Shown piece after piece: positions 1 to 12,993 of a stretch of 64,000 nt of DNA. The DNA lies in assembly GCA_043228905.1 (NCBI GenBank), contig JBHGNT010000022.1, positions 8,618,001 through 8,682,000 of the forward strand, read 5' to 3'. The notes beneath the pieces are model-generated. The model had not been told where the DNA came from and ran no database searches. It saw only the letters and a program-made list of their open reading frames with translations. The first letter of the stretch is position 1. Each line of letters starts with the position of its first letter. Source of the DNA: Azolla caroliniana. Its lineage: Eukaryota; Plantae; Polypodiophyta. The translations under genes and the position numbers were made by a program.

Positions 1-815
1 GATTTAGTATGCAAGCGTTCTGGAAATAAGCAAGATTTTTGTGATCACTGAAGACGATGACCTGGTGAGGAAGGCCCTCTAAGAAGTGCCACCATTGCAC
101 AAACAAATCAACGATGACTAATAACTCCTTGTCATGTATCTCGTAGTTGATTTCTGCGGCACCAAATTTGCGCAAGTGAAAGCCACATGATGTAACTCTT
201 CTTTATCTCCTTGTTGTGAAAGGATGCTACCGAGGGTGAAATATGACGCATCGGCCTCCATGATGAATGGTTTGTTTGTATCCACATGAGCTAGAATAGG
301 AGCTGATGTAAAGACTTTCTTAAGGTGCATAAAAGCCATGTCCACTTCATTGGACCAAAGAAATGACCGTCCCTTCTCTGTAAGTTGTGTGAGAGGCAAA
401 ATAATCTTCGAGAAATCCTGTATAAACTTGCAGTAGAAGTTAGGGAAGCCTAGTAAATGTTGCACATTTCAAAACGAACGTGGATTTTGCCACTCTAGCA
501 TGGTTTTGACTTTAGATGGATCCATGGAGATGCCTTTTGAGGAGATGACGTAGCCTAGAAATTACACTTGCTTGCAGTCAAAGCTACATTTTTCTAGTTT
601 GGCATAAAGACTATGCTCTCGGAGTCGTTTTAGTACTAATAGTACATGAGAATCATGCTCTTCCTGGGTTTTTGAATAAATCAATAGATCATCTAGATAA
701 ATGATCAAACAGATATCCAAGAGGTCTCTAAATATATCATTTGCCATGTGCTGGAAGACTGCGGACACATTGGTTAGACTGAATGGCATAACAGTATACT
801 CGAAGTGCCCATATC
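1..815 (-). mobile_element. Decayed RT/RNase H of a Tcn1-like chromovirus (Ty3/gypsy)
   Basis: RYGHFEYTVMPF, IIYLDDLLIYS, YAKLEKC and EADASYFTLGSIL motifs with frameshifts. Closely similar to the intact copy at 61723-64000. Confidence 0.9.
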
Positions 816-1862
816 GGATGAGAAGAATATCAATCCGTTTTTTCCGAGTTTCAGTGTCTAAAAGAAAAATTTGTTGCATTGAAACAAGAAAACCAATGAT
901 TCTTAGGGAATCTTCAACAAATCTCTTTACAAAAACAACAAACGTAGTTAGCGTTACGGGTGCAACAACTCAAAGCAACCATCATAGTGTTGCAACAATA
1001 GGGATCAAGTCCCCAAGGACTTCATAAAGAGCCCAAGATTGAACTTCCTGTGAAATTCGATGGAACACGATCACAATTCAGAGGATTCCTTAATCAGGTA
1101 CGTTTAGTCATTTAGATGCATCCTTCCCGATACCCCATTGATGCATCCCGAGTAGGCTTAATAGGCACATTGCTCAACGGCTCAACCCTGGCATGGTTCG
1201 CTCCGCTTTTAGGAAAACAATCTCCCTTGCTTAATAGCTTTGAAGACTTTATTAGCGAGTTTAAAGCCTGCTTTGGAGATACCGACAGCATCAAGACGAC
1301 GATCAACAAGATCCGAAGATTGCATCAAGGCGATCGTCTAGCCTCTACCTACGTGGGGGATTTCCATCTACTCACCTCAGATATCCCCTGGGATGATCAC
1401 ACACTAATGGAGCAGTTTCGCTACGGCCTGCGAAACGATGTTGAAGATTTAGTTTTAACCTTCCCCAAAGAACCAAAATCTCTCACAGAGGTAATCAGTC
1501 AAGCAGTTCGATGCGACAACTGCCTTTTTGAACGACGTTCGAAACGACAATTACAAATACCATGGACTAGGCTAGAGCCCACATATGCCTCAGTCGCAGC
1601 TAAACCGTTTGCACAAGATGTATCTCAGGCAAATACGCCGACACCGATGGAAATCGACACCATGCGTCGACGTGGCACGTTATCAGAAGAAGAAAAGAAA
1701 GGACAACGTGCAAATCGACTATTTCTTTATTATGGTGGACCAGGGCATATCACAATCAATTGTCCCCATAGGCCAAGAAGACAGATAAATCAAATGGTAG
1801 CCTATAATAAACCCGAGTCAATTCCCTTAGGACTGTCTGATAGTATTAATAGTACTAAGTAG
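811..1862 (+). mobile_element. Tcn1-like gag, inverted relative to the adjacent pol and LTR
   Basis: ORF 1116-1862 has LLNGSTLAWFAPL, FRYGLR, PTPMEID and a degenerate CCHC knuckle. A KFDGTRSQFRGF-type N-terminus lies at about 1050-1090. Confidence 0.88.
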
Positions 1863-1904
1863 CCCAAGTATCTCAAACAAATTTGAAATCCTTAGTCAAT
1901 TAGA

Positions 1905-2135
1905 GGAAGAGTAAATACAAAATAGCTATGAGGCTTAAGACTAGTGTTGAATCAATTTGGTTCGAAATAATGCCTTGTGCCTCCTTTTATAGTGTTGTTA
2001 AGAGTAGTCCTGAAGCTTCTAGAATGTTCCAGAGAAATCTGGAATATACATTAATTTTTGATAATAAAACTTAAATGAAAGAGCTTGACCCATATAACAT
2101 AAGGTCATGGGTTCGAGTCTTGCCATATCATGACA
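1905..2135 (-). mobile_element. Partial 5' LTR of the Tcn1-like element
   Basis: Aligns with 61445-61711 (GAAGCTTCTAGAATGTTCCAGAGAAATCTGG and GGTCATGGGTTCGAGTCTTGCCA) and ends CATGACA. Confidence 0.85.
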
Positions 2136-2732
2136 AATACCTCGACTGTGTATGTTCACCCTTATTTTTGGATGTTTCGTGTGTGTAGAGGCTATATGCC
2201 TCGATTACATCATTCGTTGGCTATGTTCTGCTACGATTTTTCTTAATATATGCATGTATGTAATCACGTTGTCGTGAAGATTCGTCACTACGTGCAGATC
2301 ATGAGGCGGAACCATCGGGGTTCTGGACCGGAAGGACTCGAAGTTTGCACAAGCTTTCGCGAGAAAGTATTTAAGATAGATTGAGAGAGAGAGAGAGAGA
2401 GATTGAGATAAAATAGAACGCTTGACTTTAGATTGAGAGAGAATAAGATTGAACTCTTGACTTTATATTTAAAGAACAAGATTGATACATCAATTGGAAA
2501 ACAAATTTCTTACTTTTAATTTCTTGATTCATACATCGCTTCCATTTTGCTAGATTCCTCCACTCTTTTATAGATGCCCCCATGCATATGGTGCATGTGG
2601 GGGTGCCAGACATGCACGGAATGCATGAAATGCATGCAATGCACATAATGCATGCTTGCCATGTCATCATCTAAGCTCTCACACATGAGAATTTACATGT
2701 AAAATTGGTGATAAAAATATAATTCTTAAAGA

Positions 2733-2810
2733 AATGATTTGGCTTAATGGTAAGCTTATAGACTCTCAAATTGGAGGTGCAAGGATCAAATCTTCACTTG
2801 CACTCCTTTT
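2733..2810 (+). promoter_or_regulatory. tRNA-like Pol III A/B-box cassette in LTR
   Basis: A box TGGCTTAATGG at 2740, D-stem GCTT/AAGC, degenerate B box GGATCAAATCT at 2783, then TTTT at 2807. Confidence 0.65.
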
Positions 2811-2845
2811 GAATATATATCTATATATATGTTTTTTATTATTAT

Positions 2846-4190
2846 TAGGAAATTGGTAAATTCACAATTTTTTTCGTATTTTCACAGTTTTTTTTTGGAA
2901 ATTGGTAAATTCACAATTTTTTTTCGTATTTTCACTGTTTCTTTTTTGAGTTCAGAAATATGATTATTTGCACTACAAATGAACGTAAAAATGAGTACAG
3001 TAAAGGTAATAATATGTTTTCCCTCTCCATACAATTCAATTCCTCCATGGAGTAAGCTCTAAGGTACTCTAGTTTAAGAGTAACTATAGATTTCATCACG
3101 ATCTTCACCCTTATTTCCTTATAAACCTCAAGGCAATACTCTATTCTTCCATTTACCTTGAGTCTATCCGAGATTACTAGAATCTTGTTACTGGTATCAC
3201 GATCCATTAGTTCCACATGTTGGATAGGGATGGAGCGGTATTCTGCACTGTAGTTTCATCATCTCCTATGGCCCCAATACTGCTAGTTAAATGTTTTGTA
3301 AGGTCTATGATCCTAAAGCTTTCGGTTAAGAGCCTCTTGTATTCCTCTTCCAACTTGAGCAATGCCTTATTGAGAGGGTCTTTCTTTATTATTTCTTGGT
3401 GGGGATTGAGGCACCTCGATTGTTCGAGTAGATCGTAGAGAATTTTGAGGCTATAAGGATCGAGAAGTTTGGTATCCACCAGAAACTCGAGGACCTTACC
3501 TAGCGAGTCCAATGATAGAGACAAGTTATCTGGGATCGTTTGAAGATGCCTTTCCATAGAGCAGACCATAGCCAAGTATTTGCGGAGGTCATGCTTCGGA
3601 TCTTCTGCATTTAGCGTCCATTGGATGGTGTGGATCGAATCGAAGATGTGGACGACCGACAATATGCTCTCAAGGGCAGCATCAAGTTGGGATGTGAGGG
3701 CTGATGCGACGGACACCTGGGTTTGGATGGGCTCCATGGCAGAGCGGAGGAAAGGGACCTTCTCCTCAATCCCAACCAGTCGGGTGTGAGTGCAAATTAA
3801 TCGTTCCTCGACCATTGCGAGCTCTCTGATGCGTTGGGAGAGGTTGGAGTGTGCAGAAATGAGAAGCTTATGTTGATGGTCATGGTCGACGGGGGGCATG
3901 GAGAATAATGACAAATCTGATGGTGATGATGGATGGATGGATGGATGGGGCATAACATGTACAAGTACTGGAATTTAGATGTCGCAAGCACTGCGTGGAT
4001 GCAGAGAATAATAGGCAAAGAGAGACAGACTAAGTCTCCTCGTCCAGACATGCGCAGAGGTGGCAGGGGCAGAGAGACATTATGAAATACACATGTGACA
4101 TGTCTATATGTATACAGAAATGGGATATATATAAATATACGGAAAAAACTGTGAAAATACAGAAAAAACTGTGAATTTACCAATTTCCTG
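2846..4190. mobile_element. Non-autonomous Pack-TIR DNA element (Pack-MULE-like) with a captured gene fragment
   Basis: About 50-bp TIRs, AGGAAATTGGTAAATTCACA... and ...TGTGAATTTACCAATTTCCT. Flanked by TTATTATTAT on both sides (TSD length ambiguous). Absent from the sister LTR at about 57480. Confidence 0.8.
3010..3953 (-). pseudogene. EXO70: Captured 5' fragment of an exocyst Exo70 gene (Exo70.3, G/I clade)
   Basis: DPKHDLRKYL, ALLKLEEEYKRLLTE and ISDRLKVNGRIEYCLEVYKEIR...LEYLRAYSMEELNCME resemble Exo70G/I. Frameshift near 3210; truncated near 3010. Confidence 0.75.
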
Positions 4191-5603
4191 TTATTATTAT
4201 ATATATATGTATTTTTACAAGGCGTTTCTCCGTTCGGTCGTCGTCTCACTGGCTCTGTCAGTCGTCGTTGCCGGATGATGCAAGTTGCCCTTGCCGAATA
4301 TGTTGATCGCCGTCGCCGGTCGCCGGTCGCCGTCGCCAGATGATACTAGATGATGCCGGTCGCCGGTCGCCGGATGTCGTTGCCGGATCCATCGCCGGTC
4401 TCGCCGGTCTCGCCGGCTCCGTCGGTCGTTGTCGCCGGATCCGTCCAAAACACATAGTTATATGCATTTGGGTACATCCATTCGTTAAGTCATACAACTT
4501 AACCTTTCTATGCTCCACACATAGACACAAAGATAATAACTTTTGCTCTGCCTTATATATGGTGGGATCCTTATTTTATTTTTCTCTTCTTCTTTGCAAA
4601 CTTCATACCCACATAACTTGACACTTAGATGTCTATTTCCTATGTAGTAAAATGCATTCAAAAGCCCTTCAAGACCTCTATCTGTTTGTACAAGATATTA
4701 AAATTATTTAAATAGTATCTTCACTATTATTGTTTTATATTTCATGAGAAGAACCACACTCGATTTCATATATTCCTCACAAGTTTCACACTATTGCAGA
4801 AAATCTTCGCGACAACGTGTATACGTATTCAATCGTATACATGTGATAAAACATAAATATGTGTATATTAATGTTTATTACGTGATTTGGTATATCGAAC
4901 ATTGTCCTTTTTGGGGAAAGGACCTTGGTGGCCGTCCTCACATTTTTGTCAAAATGGCATAGTCACCATTGGTCACTTCGATCTTACTATGCGTTATAAC
5001 AAAATGATCATAGCCACACTGATGATGAGAGCGTAGGGCCTGACCCAGTTCAAGTGAGGTCACTCCTATGACACATGCATCCCTCCCTCATTACATGGTT
5101 ACGATGCCACCATGAGATCATCATTACGAAAGGCATTAGTAATGATGTAACCATGTGATGGGCCACGTGTGCCTACTACGAAAAGAGGGCTTGTGTGGCT
5201 TGACCATGAGGTGGCACATTGGGGTATGGCATCATAATGATGAGCCTTGAGGTTGGGTAATGTACCAACATAGTTTTCTTGTTAACGAGGGGAAAATAAG
5301 GTTTCTTGCCACATATGTTTTCATTTAAAAAACATATATGGGCAAATTCCTTCACATATCTCTCATACGCATAAACATTAAACTTTCAAAAGGATGAAAC
5401 CATTTGGTTAGCTCAATTTTTTAATACATTTGTGCTTGAGGTCTCGAGTTCAAATATGACCAAGACCATACAACATTGTTGATACATATGACTATAAAAC
5501 ATGTTTAGACTTGAGTTCTAAGTGCACTTCAGGGTCCTAATAATAGGACATATAGAGTCAAAACCACATGGGTGGGCACATAGACATAGTTTATTGTTAA
5601 CAT

Positions 5604-7451
5604 TGTTTCACGGGGTCTTACGTCGGATCCGATGTTGACCGCCGGAATCTCTAACCCGGTGTGAGGTGACCCATAGGACCTATCTTTGTTCTTTGTTCTT
5701 CTCCCAGACTAGTCGTCGCTCTCCTTGTTGTGCTCCCGCCTCCATCTTCCATCTCTTTTGGTCTCACGTTGCCACGCCGGTTCACCGGAATCGGTTCCGA
5801 GGGCTTTTGTCCGCTCCTTCCTCGCATCATCTCGTTGGTGATTCTCGGTCTCACACCGCCGCCTTCCTCCTCTCGGGACTCACGTGGGCACTCGGGCCCG
5901 ACTGCCATCGTCTCGGGAGCAAGTGTGGGAAGACGCATAGAATCGCCCGTCCTATTTACGCCCTTGTCCGTAGCCACCGGCTCCTCATGGTCGGTGGTCG
6001 TCTTCTTCCCAATCGCGCAAGCCCCATCTGGGCTTGCTTCTCCAATGTCCGGAGTTTCGGGCTGACGTGCCCGAAACCGCAGGTCCCGGCATTCCAATTC
6101 TTCGATCGGTATCCCGGCCTTGTCCTCAGCCGCTCTATCTTTGGAATCTGAGAGGGTGTTTCATTCCGCACCCTCTCTCGTGGTACCGTCGTACCGATCT
6201 TCTGCCATCTCGTGGGGCAGGTCCATCTCCTCAGCGTCGGCTTGTGGCCTCTTCGGTCGTCCTCCATATGCCTGCAAGAGCGCCTCTTCGAAGGCCTCCC
6301 ACGAACTATGAGCTTCTTGGAGCTCCTTCACTTCCTCATGCATACGGACGGCAACAACCTGACAAAAGAACTCCAGCCTCAACGCTTCGTCTACATCTCG
6401 CTCCTCCATTTCCACATTGTAGGCTTCCAAGTAGAATGGGACTTTGTCCCCGTTGAAATGGTTGAATCTTTCGACCACTCGCTCAACAGCTTGTTACGAC
6501 GTCTCCCTTCTTGTTGTTGCTCGTCCGAACTCCCTCACCGCTTCGACAAAAAATTGCGCGAAGTCGTCTTCTTCCAACTCCATTCTCCCTTGCCGCCCTT
6601 CACATCGGGTTCACCAAAGATGTCGCGGTATTCCGCGAGTGTGTGTCGAAAGGGGCGAGAAGCCGACTTTTCTCTAGTCCCGGTTGCACTGGTTGCGGCG
6701 CAAACCGGAGCAATTCCGGGCGCGTACCGGCGACTACCGAACACGAGAGAGAGAGGGCACGCACGTGTCACCGACTCAACACACGCCTCTTATGTACAGG
6801 AGACGAAGGGAAAGAAACAGACCCGACACCAACAAAGACACAGATATGCACAACCCTTTATATATGTATTTACAAGAGAAAGATACACCCCCGGCTTCGA
6901 GCTGGACCAAGGTAGGGTAGGTTACAATAGCAGTCTGTTGCCAAGCCGCCGATCGGGGAGCTCTCGGGCTCGTCGTGCCGAGCGGGGTCTTGCACAGGAG
7001 ACCGAGCAGAAGCAAACCCTAAACAGACATGAACCCTCAACCCACGCCACGATGAAGAAGAAGAAGAAAGAAGAAACTCCCAAAATGAAACCCCAGAATG
7101 AAGCAAGAATAAGAGAAACTGCCTAACCCTAACTCTAATGGTATACCCTACTAACTCAAAATGGGACCCTCCCTTCCTTTTATAGAACAAGGAGAGGGAT
7201 GTGTAACAATGTGGGATAAATCCTGATTTACATGGGATTCTCTGTCCCGACTTAACTCCCACTTGACGCCATAAAGGCACCCCTATTATTCACACGTTTA
7301 TACAAGGGTGAGTGCACATGACGCACTCCGCCGATTCTTTCGATATTCCCCGGTTTCTCACCATGGCCCGGAATCTTCACGATAACGCGAACATACATGA
7401 TTGAGCCTCAGGGAGCCACCATGAAAAGATCGAGCTACAGATCGGGGAACA
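5604..7451 (-). mobile_element. Composite element: outer LTR-like remnant (TSD ACAT) holding a truncated tRNA-Trp-primed gypsy derivative
   Basis: TG...CA ends with ACAT on both sides. Inner LTR 6621-7384, PBS TGGTGAACCCGATGTG at 6616-6601, and gag FNGDKVPFYLEAY at 6478-6161 continuing in frame past one stop to 5651. Confidence 0.7.
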
Positions 7452-7659
7452 ACATTCATTTGTCACCCCCATGGTTTTTAAAACACCTTTGTGTTACCAT
7501 AATCACCAGATCTTGAACCTCATCTCATATGTCTTGAGGAATATTGACGTGAGATCATGAGATCAATTAATGTTTATCCATGATATGCTTACATCACGAT
7601 ATGATGTTATGACTATTTGTCTGACCTTATCCTATTTCTGTGCAAGAAATTATCATTCA

Positions 7660-8240
7660 ATGGCTCATAATAATGAGCCAATGGCATCCACACAAGCGGA
7701 GGGAATTCAAGGAAATCCTCTTGGGCCAATCCCGATTAAGTTGTATTTTTTACAAATACAAAATTTCCTTAATTCTACCTTACATGAGATTTCTGAACTT
7801 CGGCAATCTTATAGTGCTCTCGAGGCACATGTCATTAGTATACAATGTGATACTAATAGACCCGATGAGCATCAAGGTGAACCATCCTTTGTCGTAAATC
7901 CATTTACGGGAGAAAAAAAGGAAAGAACCGAAGAAGCAATCTACACGTGGTTGGGTCAATGTGAGTCTCATGTTGAGCTCTATCCCACGCCAAATAGTAC
8001 AAAGATTGCATATGTTGGTTGAGAACTAGGGCATAAGGCCGCCGCCTCGTGTCATGGGTTCCGCAGTATGGGAAAATTTCCAAATACCTAGACAAACTTT
8101 GTCAAGGTTTTCAAGGGCCAATTTCTACAACCTCCATCTCGAACTGAGGTAGCACCATCTTTAATGAACCTCTCTAACCGGAAATTTTCATTGCTAGAAG
8201 GCTATGTTCACCATGCTAGAACCCAAATCCAAAAATCAGG
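7660..8240 (+). mobile_element. Degenerate retrotransposon gag fragment
   Basis: Coiled-coil followed by PFTGEKKE...IYTWLGQCE...KIAYV, then a stop. Confidence 0.45.
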
Positions 8241-10343
8241 TCTAGAAGGGGACAATTGGTTGATAGCTTGTTTTGTCAATGGCGTCGTCGGGGGTGTGGA
8301 TCACTTCGATGCCGAGGAAGTAATGAAAGTCCCCCAGGTTCTTCATTTCGAATGCATCCGTCTGTTGGGAGTTCACTCGGCCGATTTCAGCAAGTTCGGG
8401 TCTGGTGATGACTAGATCATCTACACATAATAGGATACATACCAGACCATCCGGACCATTCCAGATGAACAGTGAAGAGTCTGACTTCGAGGCCACAAAC
8501 CCCATCTTACGCAACCGGTGCGTGATCTTAAAATTCCAAGCCCGGGGGACTTGCTTCAGGCTGTAAAACGACTTCTTTAGTTGGCACACTACCGACTTGT
8601 TCATCTCCGATAGAAAACAAAAACAGGCGGCTGGATAATTTAGACCTGTTCGTCAAGGTCGTCTTGAAGAAATGCATTCTTCTTGTCAATTTGGTGAAGA
8701 TGTCACCTCCTTGCCGCAACAACCGCCAACACCACACAAACCATCATCATCTTCTCTATCGTAGCGAAGGTCTCGTCGTAGTCAATTTCGTGGGTCTGTG
8801 TATATCCTTTGGCCACTAATCGGGCCTTATACCGGTTGATCGAACCGTCAGGATTATACTTTACCTTGGCCACTAATCGGGTTGCAATGTCAGGGAGGGT
8901 CAACTAGGTCCCATGTGTCGTTGGCATCAAGTGCCCGCATCTCTTTCTTCATTGCGGCACGCCAATGTGCGTCCCTTGCCGTTTTTGCGTAGCTCTACAA
9001 CTCATGCACTTCCGCCACTTTTGTCATGTACACATAGTGATGCGCCATGTACTCGTTATAACCATACCGTTTGATGGGGTTCTTTTGGCCGGTCGATCGG
9101 TGTAACTTCTCGTTAGCCGATTTTAAGGCCCTGTTGCCCAGATCAGCCTTCATCTCCGAAGGTCCGACCTCGTTCTGTCCGGAGTCGGATTCGCTCTAAT
9201 CCGACTTGTCTTTGCCGGTGTCGTATTCTGGCATCTTCTTTGCGCGTAAACCGAATCTTCATCTGACTAATCGATCCGAATCAGTCGCTCATTCGGCCCC
9301 CTCAGGCGAAATGAAATCGAACTCTCATCTAGAGTACCGAAGTCTTCTTCTTCTTCTACCCGGATCGGGTCGGGCTCACTGGCCTCATCTTCTAGAATCA
9401 AGTCGGAATCGGAGGTTGGAGTCGATAGAGAGTACCATGATGCCGACTCATCAAATTCAACATCTCGGCTTACTCAGGTTGTCTTTGTCCGGGGGTTGTA
9501 ACACTTATACCCCTTTTGCTCGTGTGAGTAGCCGACTAGAATGCACTTCTCTGACTTTGGGTCCATCTTTCTCTGCTTCTCATCCAGTACATGCACATAG
9601 GCAATGTTGTCGAATATCCTCAGGTGTCTTAAGTTCAACTTCCGCCTGAAATAGAGTTCATGTGCTGACACCTTCTCCTCGATCTGGTTTTGGATGTAGA
9701 CGGTTGTCCGAACCGCTTCGACCTAGTAGAATTTGGTCATGCTCTTTTCTTCCAACATTGCTCATGCCACCTCCACAATTGACCGGTTCTTCCTTTCGGC
9801 CACACCGTTTTGTTCCAATCTACATCGGCAACTGAATTCCCTCTTAATTCCTTTTTGTTGTAGATAATTGTTGTATTGGCCGGAAAAATACTCTTTTCCT
9901 CCATCTGACCACAAACACTTGATCTTCTTCTCTGTTTCCCGTTCAAGAAGACTTTGCAGGTTCTAGAAACAGTTGAAGACTTCACTTTTCTTCTATATGA
10001 AGTAGATCCATGTGTGCGAGCTATAGTTGTCGATGAAGGAAATGAAATATCAGCTCCCACCAAGAATAACATTTTGTGTCCGTCCCCATACATCCGAATG
10101 TATCAAGTCGAGTTTGTTACAGCTCCGATTTCTTTCGATGGGGAACGGAAGCTGGTGTTGCTTCCTGAGTTGGCAAGCTTCACATATTTGGGCCTTCAAG
10201 CAACTAAATTTCGGCAATCCGAAAACAACTTGTTTGGATTACAGGTCTTGAAGCCTCTAATAGTTAACGTGGTCGATCCGCTTATTCCACAAGTCGATAT
10301 CTGACTCGACTTTCTGTCCTTTTGCGAACAAAGCGGTGCTAAC

Positions 10344-10800
10344 TATTGGGAGACAGGTCCCTCCGGATGGGAAGGGAGAAGAACAGTGTTGATGAACAAA
10401 CTCGGCCGAGGCCGGAACCGGATTAGGAGTACCCGGCTTCGGAGAGCCGGATGGTGCAGACCCGGTGAGAACCGGATGAGGAGTACCCGGCTTCGGAGAG
10501 CCGGATGGTGCAGACCCGGTGAGAACCGGATGAGAAGTACCCGGCTTCAGAGAGCCGGATGGTGCAGACCCTGTGAGAACCGGATGAGGAGTACCCGGCT
10601 ACGGAGAGCTGGATGGTGCAGACCCGGTGAGGAGTGCTCACCGGATAAAAGACATATTCGTAAATATGCTTCTGAGAGTCCATCATGGCTATATTTGTAA
10701 ATAGCCGAAAAGTCATATTAGTATAAATATGACTTAGGGCAAACTTTTAGTGTGGTTGTTATTCTTGTTGGTGCAAGAAGAGAGAGAGTGTGTAACCGTG

Positions 10801-10841
<41 letters not shown>

Positions 10842-11105
10842 TGTTGCCTTTGTTGAAACCGCCGCCTATGGCGAAGATCGTGAGCACGAGGTCGTTGCCT
10901 CCGTGAACTCACTGTTGTACATTCTAACATAGTGACAGTTTGCAGCCTCTGGGCTGTCGTGGTTTTTCCCTAGTTTGGGGTTTTCCACGTAAACATCCTG
11001 TGTACTCTTCTCTTCTTTGTGTCGTGCATTTATCTCCCGTTTTCTGTGTATGCTAAGCTCCGTTGTGGCCGAGCGTTGCGTATACGGAGCGTGCAGTTCC
11101 TGTCA
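10344..11105 (+). mobile_element. Solo LTR (copia-type) inserted in the copia pol
   Basis: 5-bp TSD CTAAC at 10339-10343 and 11106-11110. Removing the insert restores the frame DTNDVSTALFAK. Contains TATAAAT and GGTTTTCCACGTAAA. Confidence 0.85.
10415..10630 (+). repeat. 54-bp tandem repeat x4 in LTR U3
   Basis: Unit GAACCGGATGAGGAGTACCCGGCTTCGGAGAGCCGGATGGTGCAGACCCGGTGA. Confidence 0.92.
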
Positions 11106-12993
11106 CTAACGTCATTGGTGTCGAGGATAAACATCCTACCGTCCCAGCGCCCTTGCACGATGATCCAACCCTCTTCCTCAATCAAACACCTAAGGTGCGT
11201 AAACCGCACCTGCATTCCCTAGTTGACGATCTGCCTGACCGATACCAGGTTCTTTGTGATTGTCGAGACGTGAAGCACGTTCATAAGCTTCCTTTGTTGT
11301 CTGACATGACTCAAGGGCACTTCTCCAACATGCACAATCGGGTGAGGAGTGTCGTCTCCGGTTTCGACAACTCCCAGTTGCTCCGTCTTTTCCAGAAACG
11401 AGAACCACTCTTCGTGGCTCGTCATGTGATTAGATGCTCTAGAGTCAGCATATTACACTTCCTCCAATCCGGAAGTGGTCTTCTTCATTGAGTTCGCCTT
11501 GTGCTTCATCACGAAGGTTGGCCTGGTTCCGAATCCTTCCGATCCTTCTGCGTAGTGCGAGTTTTACCAATTCCCTTGTCCGGCATTGCCGGATCAGGAT
11601 TTAGCCGAATCAGTGTGCTTTTTCTAGCACTCACTTTCTCTGTGGCCCTTTCGACCACAATACTAACATTCCGTTTCGGTCTTTGATTGCCGGTTTTCGG
11701 TGCCACGTTGACTCCCCCTGCTTATGGAGGTTCTAGAACTACTGTCGACACTATCTCTGCGCCTCCGGTTCTACTCTTGTCAGCTGCTACTATTGTGTGC
11801 CGACCCACCTCGTCCTCCATGCCCACGGGGCCGATCCGCCTTCATGTACAACATCTGGTTGTCCGATTGAGTGGTCCTCGACCCACTCACGTGGTTTTCT
11901 TCAACCATGAGCATTAGTTGCAGGTCGAAGAAGGACGGTGGCTTCTCCCGAGTGCCAAGTGTCGTTTGGATTGGCCCGTACCGGTGTGCTAGACCACCGA
12001 GGCAGATCTGGACCATCTCATCCTCGTCCACCATCATGTTGATGGACCCAAGCGCATCACAAATCTCCTTGATCTTGGTGTAGTCGGTGACCGACATGTC
12101 TCGTTGCCAGATACTGTTGAGCTCTTGGCGAAGCGGCAACTTCCGAGTTGTGGTACATGCAGTGAAAATCTTCCGGAGATTTTCCCAGGCCTCTTTCGGC
12201 ATTTTTTCATCCCTGATGTAACCGAGCATTTGGTCGTGCACAGAGGACATGAGGCAATACAACACTCTTCTCGCTCCTTGCTCCCATGTCGGGAAGTCCT
12301 TGTGTGCCGAATCCAACGCTCCTACATTCGCTCCTTCCAGATAGCTCCACTATCCATGCCCTAGCAGTTATGAATGCATTTTATATGAGCAGGATACATA
12401 GTTGCTCCGGTCAAGCTTTTCTATTGGAAGTGAGCTCACCATACTTCTATCCATATCTTCCTTCTTTTCGGTCTATGCTTTTCCAGAAGTTAGGGTTCGT
12501 CTGTTTCGAGCAGTTGTCGGCAGGCAGAGGTTCTCAACACTCGCGCTCTGATACCATGTGAAAATTAATATGCGGAAGCTTTGACAAACCAGTTTATCTG
12601 GATAGCAACAAAAAACGAAGATAAGATTTAATGGAAGCTTGATCACAGAGAGCGGGAGAGACAGAGAGAGCAGAACAGTAAAACTCAATTCAAAATAATA
12701 ACCCTCTGTACATACAGTGTCCTACATAACACTTTTTATACAAGTCCTTAAAAGGACTGACAGAAGTACTGACAAGTACTTCAATGCTCTTACGAGCGAC
12801 GGACACTAACTCCAAGGAATCTGCCTACGTACTAGGCTACATTCGTAGGCCTCTAACGGCCTACCGGTTCCAATCCGATCCATCTCTTTGATCTGGCTCT
12901 TGGTTCTGTATACTGATCCAGATACCTATCCGGTTCTCCATTCTGGATACCGATCTAGCTCTGGCTTATCCAGTTGAGCTTGTCCGCTCAACA

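Larger units (their letters stand above)
2270..4814 (-). mobile_element. Solo LTR (TGTCG group) containing a nested Pack-TIR element
   Basis: Ends TGTCGTGAAGAT...ATCTTCGCGACA, with a 4-bp TSD ACGT at 2266-2269 and 4815-4818. Homologous end to end with 56926-58176 once about 2846-4190 is removed. Confidence 0.85.
8242..12993 (-). mobile_element. Decayed Ty1/copia element (5' LTR, PBS, gag, PR, IN, RT), 3'-truncated
   Basis: LTR 12557-12993 and PBS TGGTATCAGAGC (Met) ending at 12545. Gag ARRVLYCL...EAWENLRKIF, integrase KCILVGYS, RT YKARLVAKGYTQ and KSFYSLKQVPRAW. Confidence 0.92.

Noticed and set aside
6212-7126. 304-aa plus-strand ORF
   Set aside because: It is an antisense shadow of gag and LTR sequence with no recognisable motifs.
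10415-10630. CRISPR-like array (also considered at 41146, 43975 and 61278)
   Set aside because: These are contiguous tandem units with no unique spacers or cas genes, in a eukaryotic TE context.
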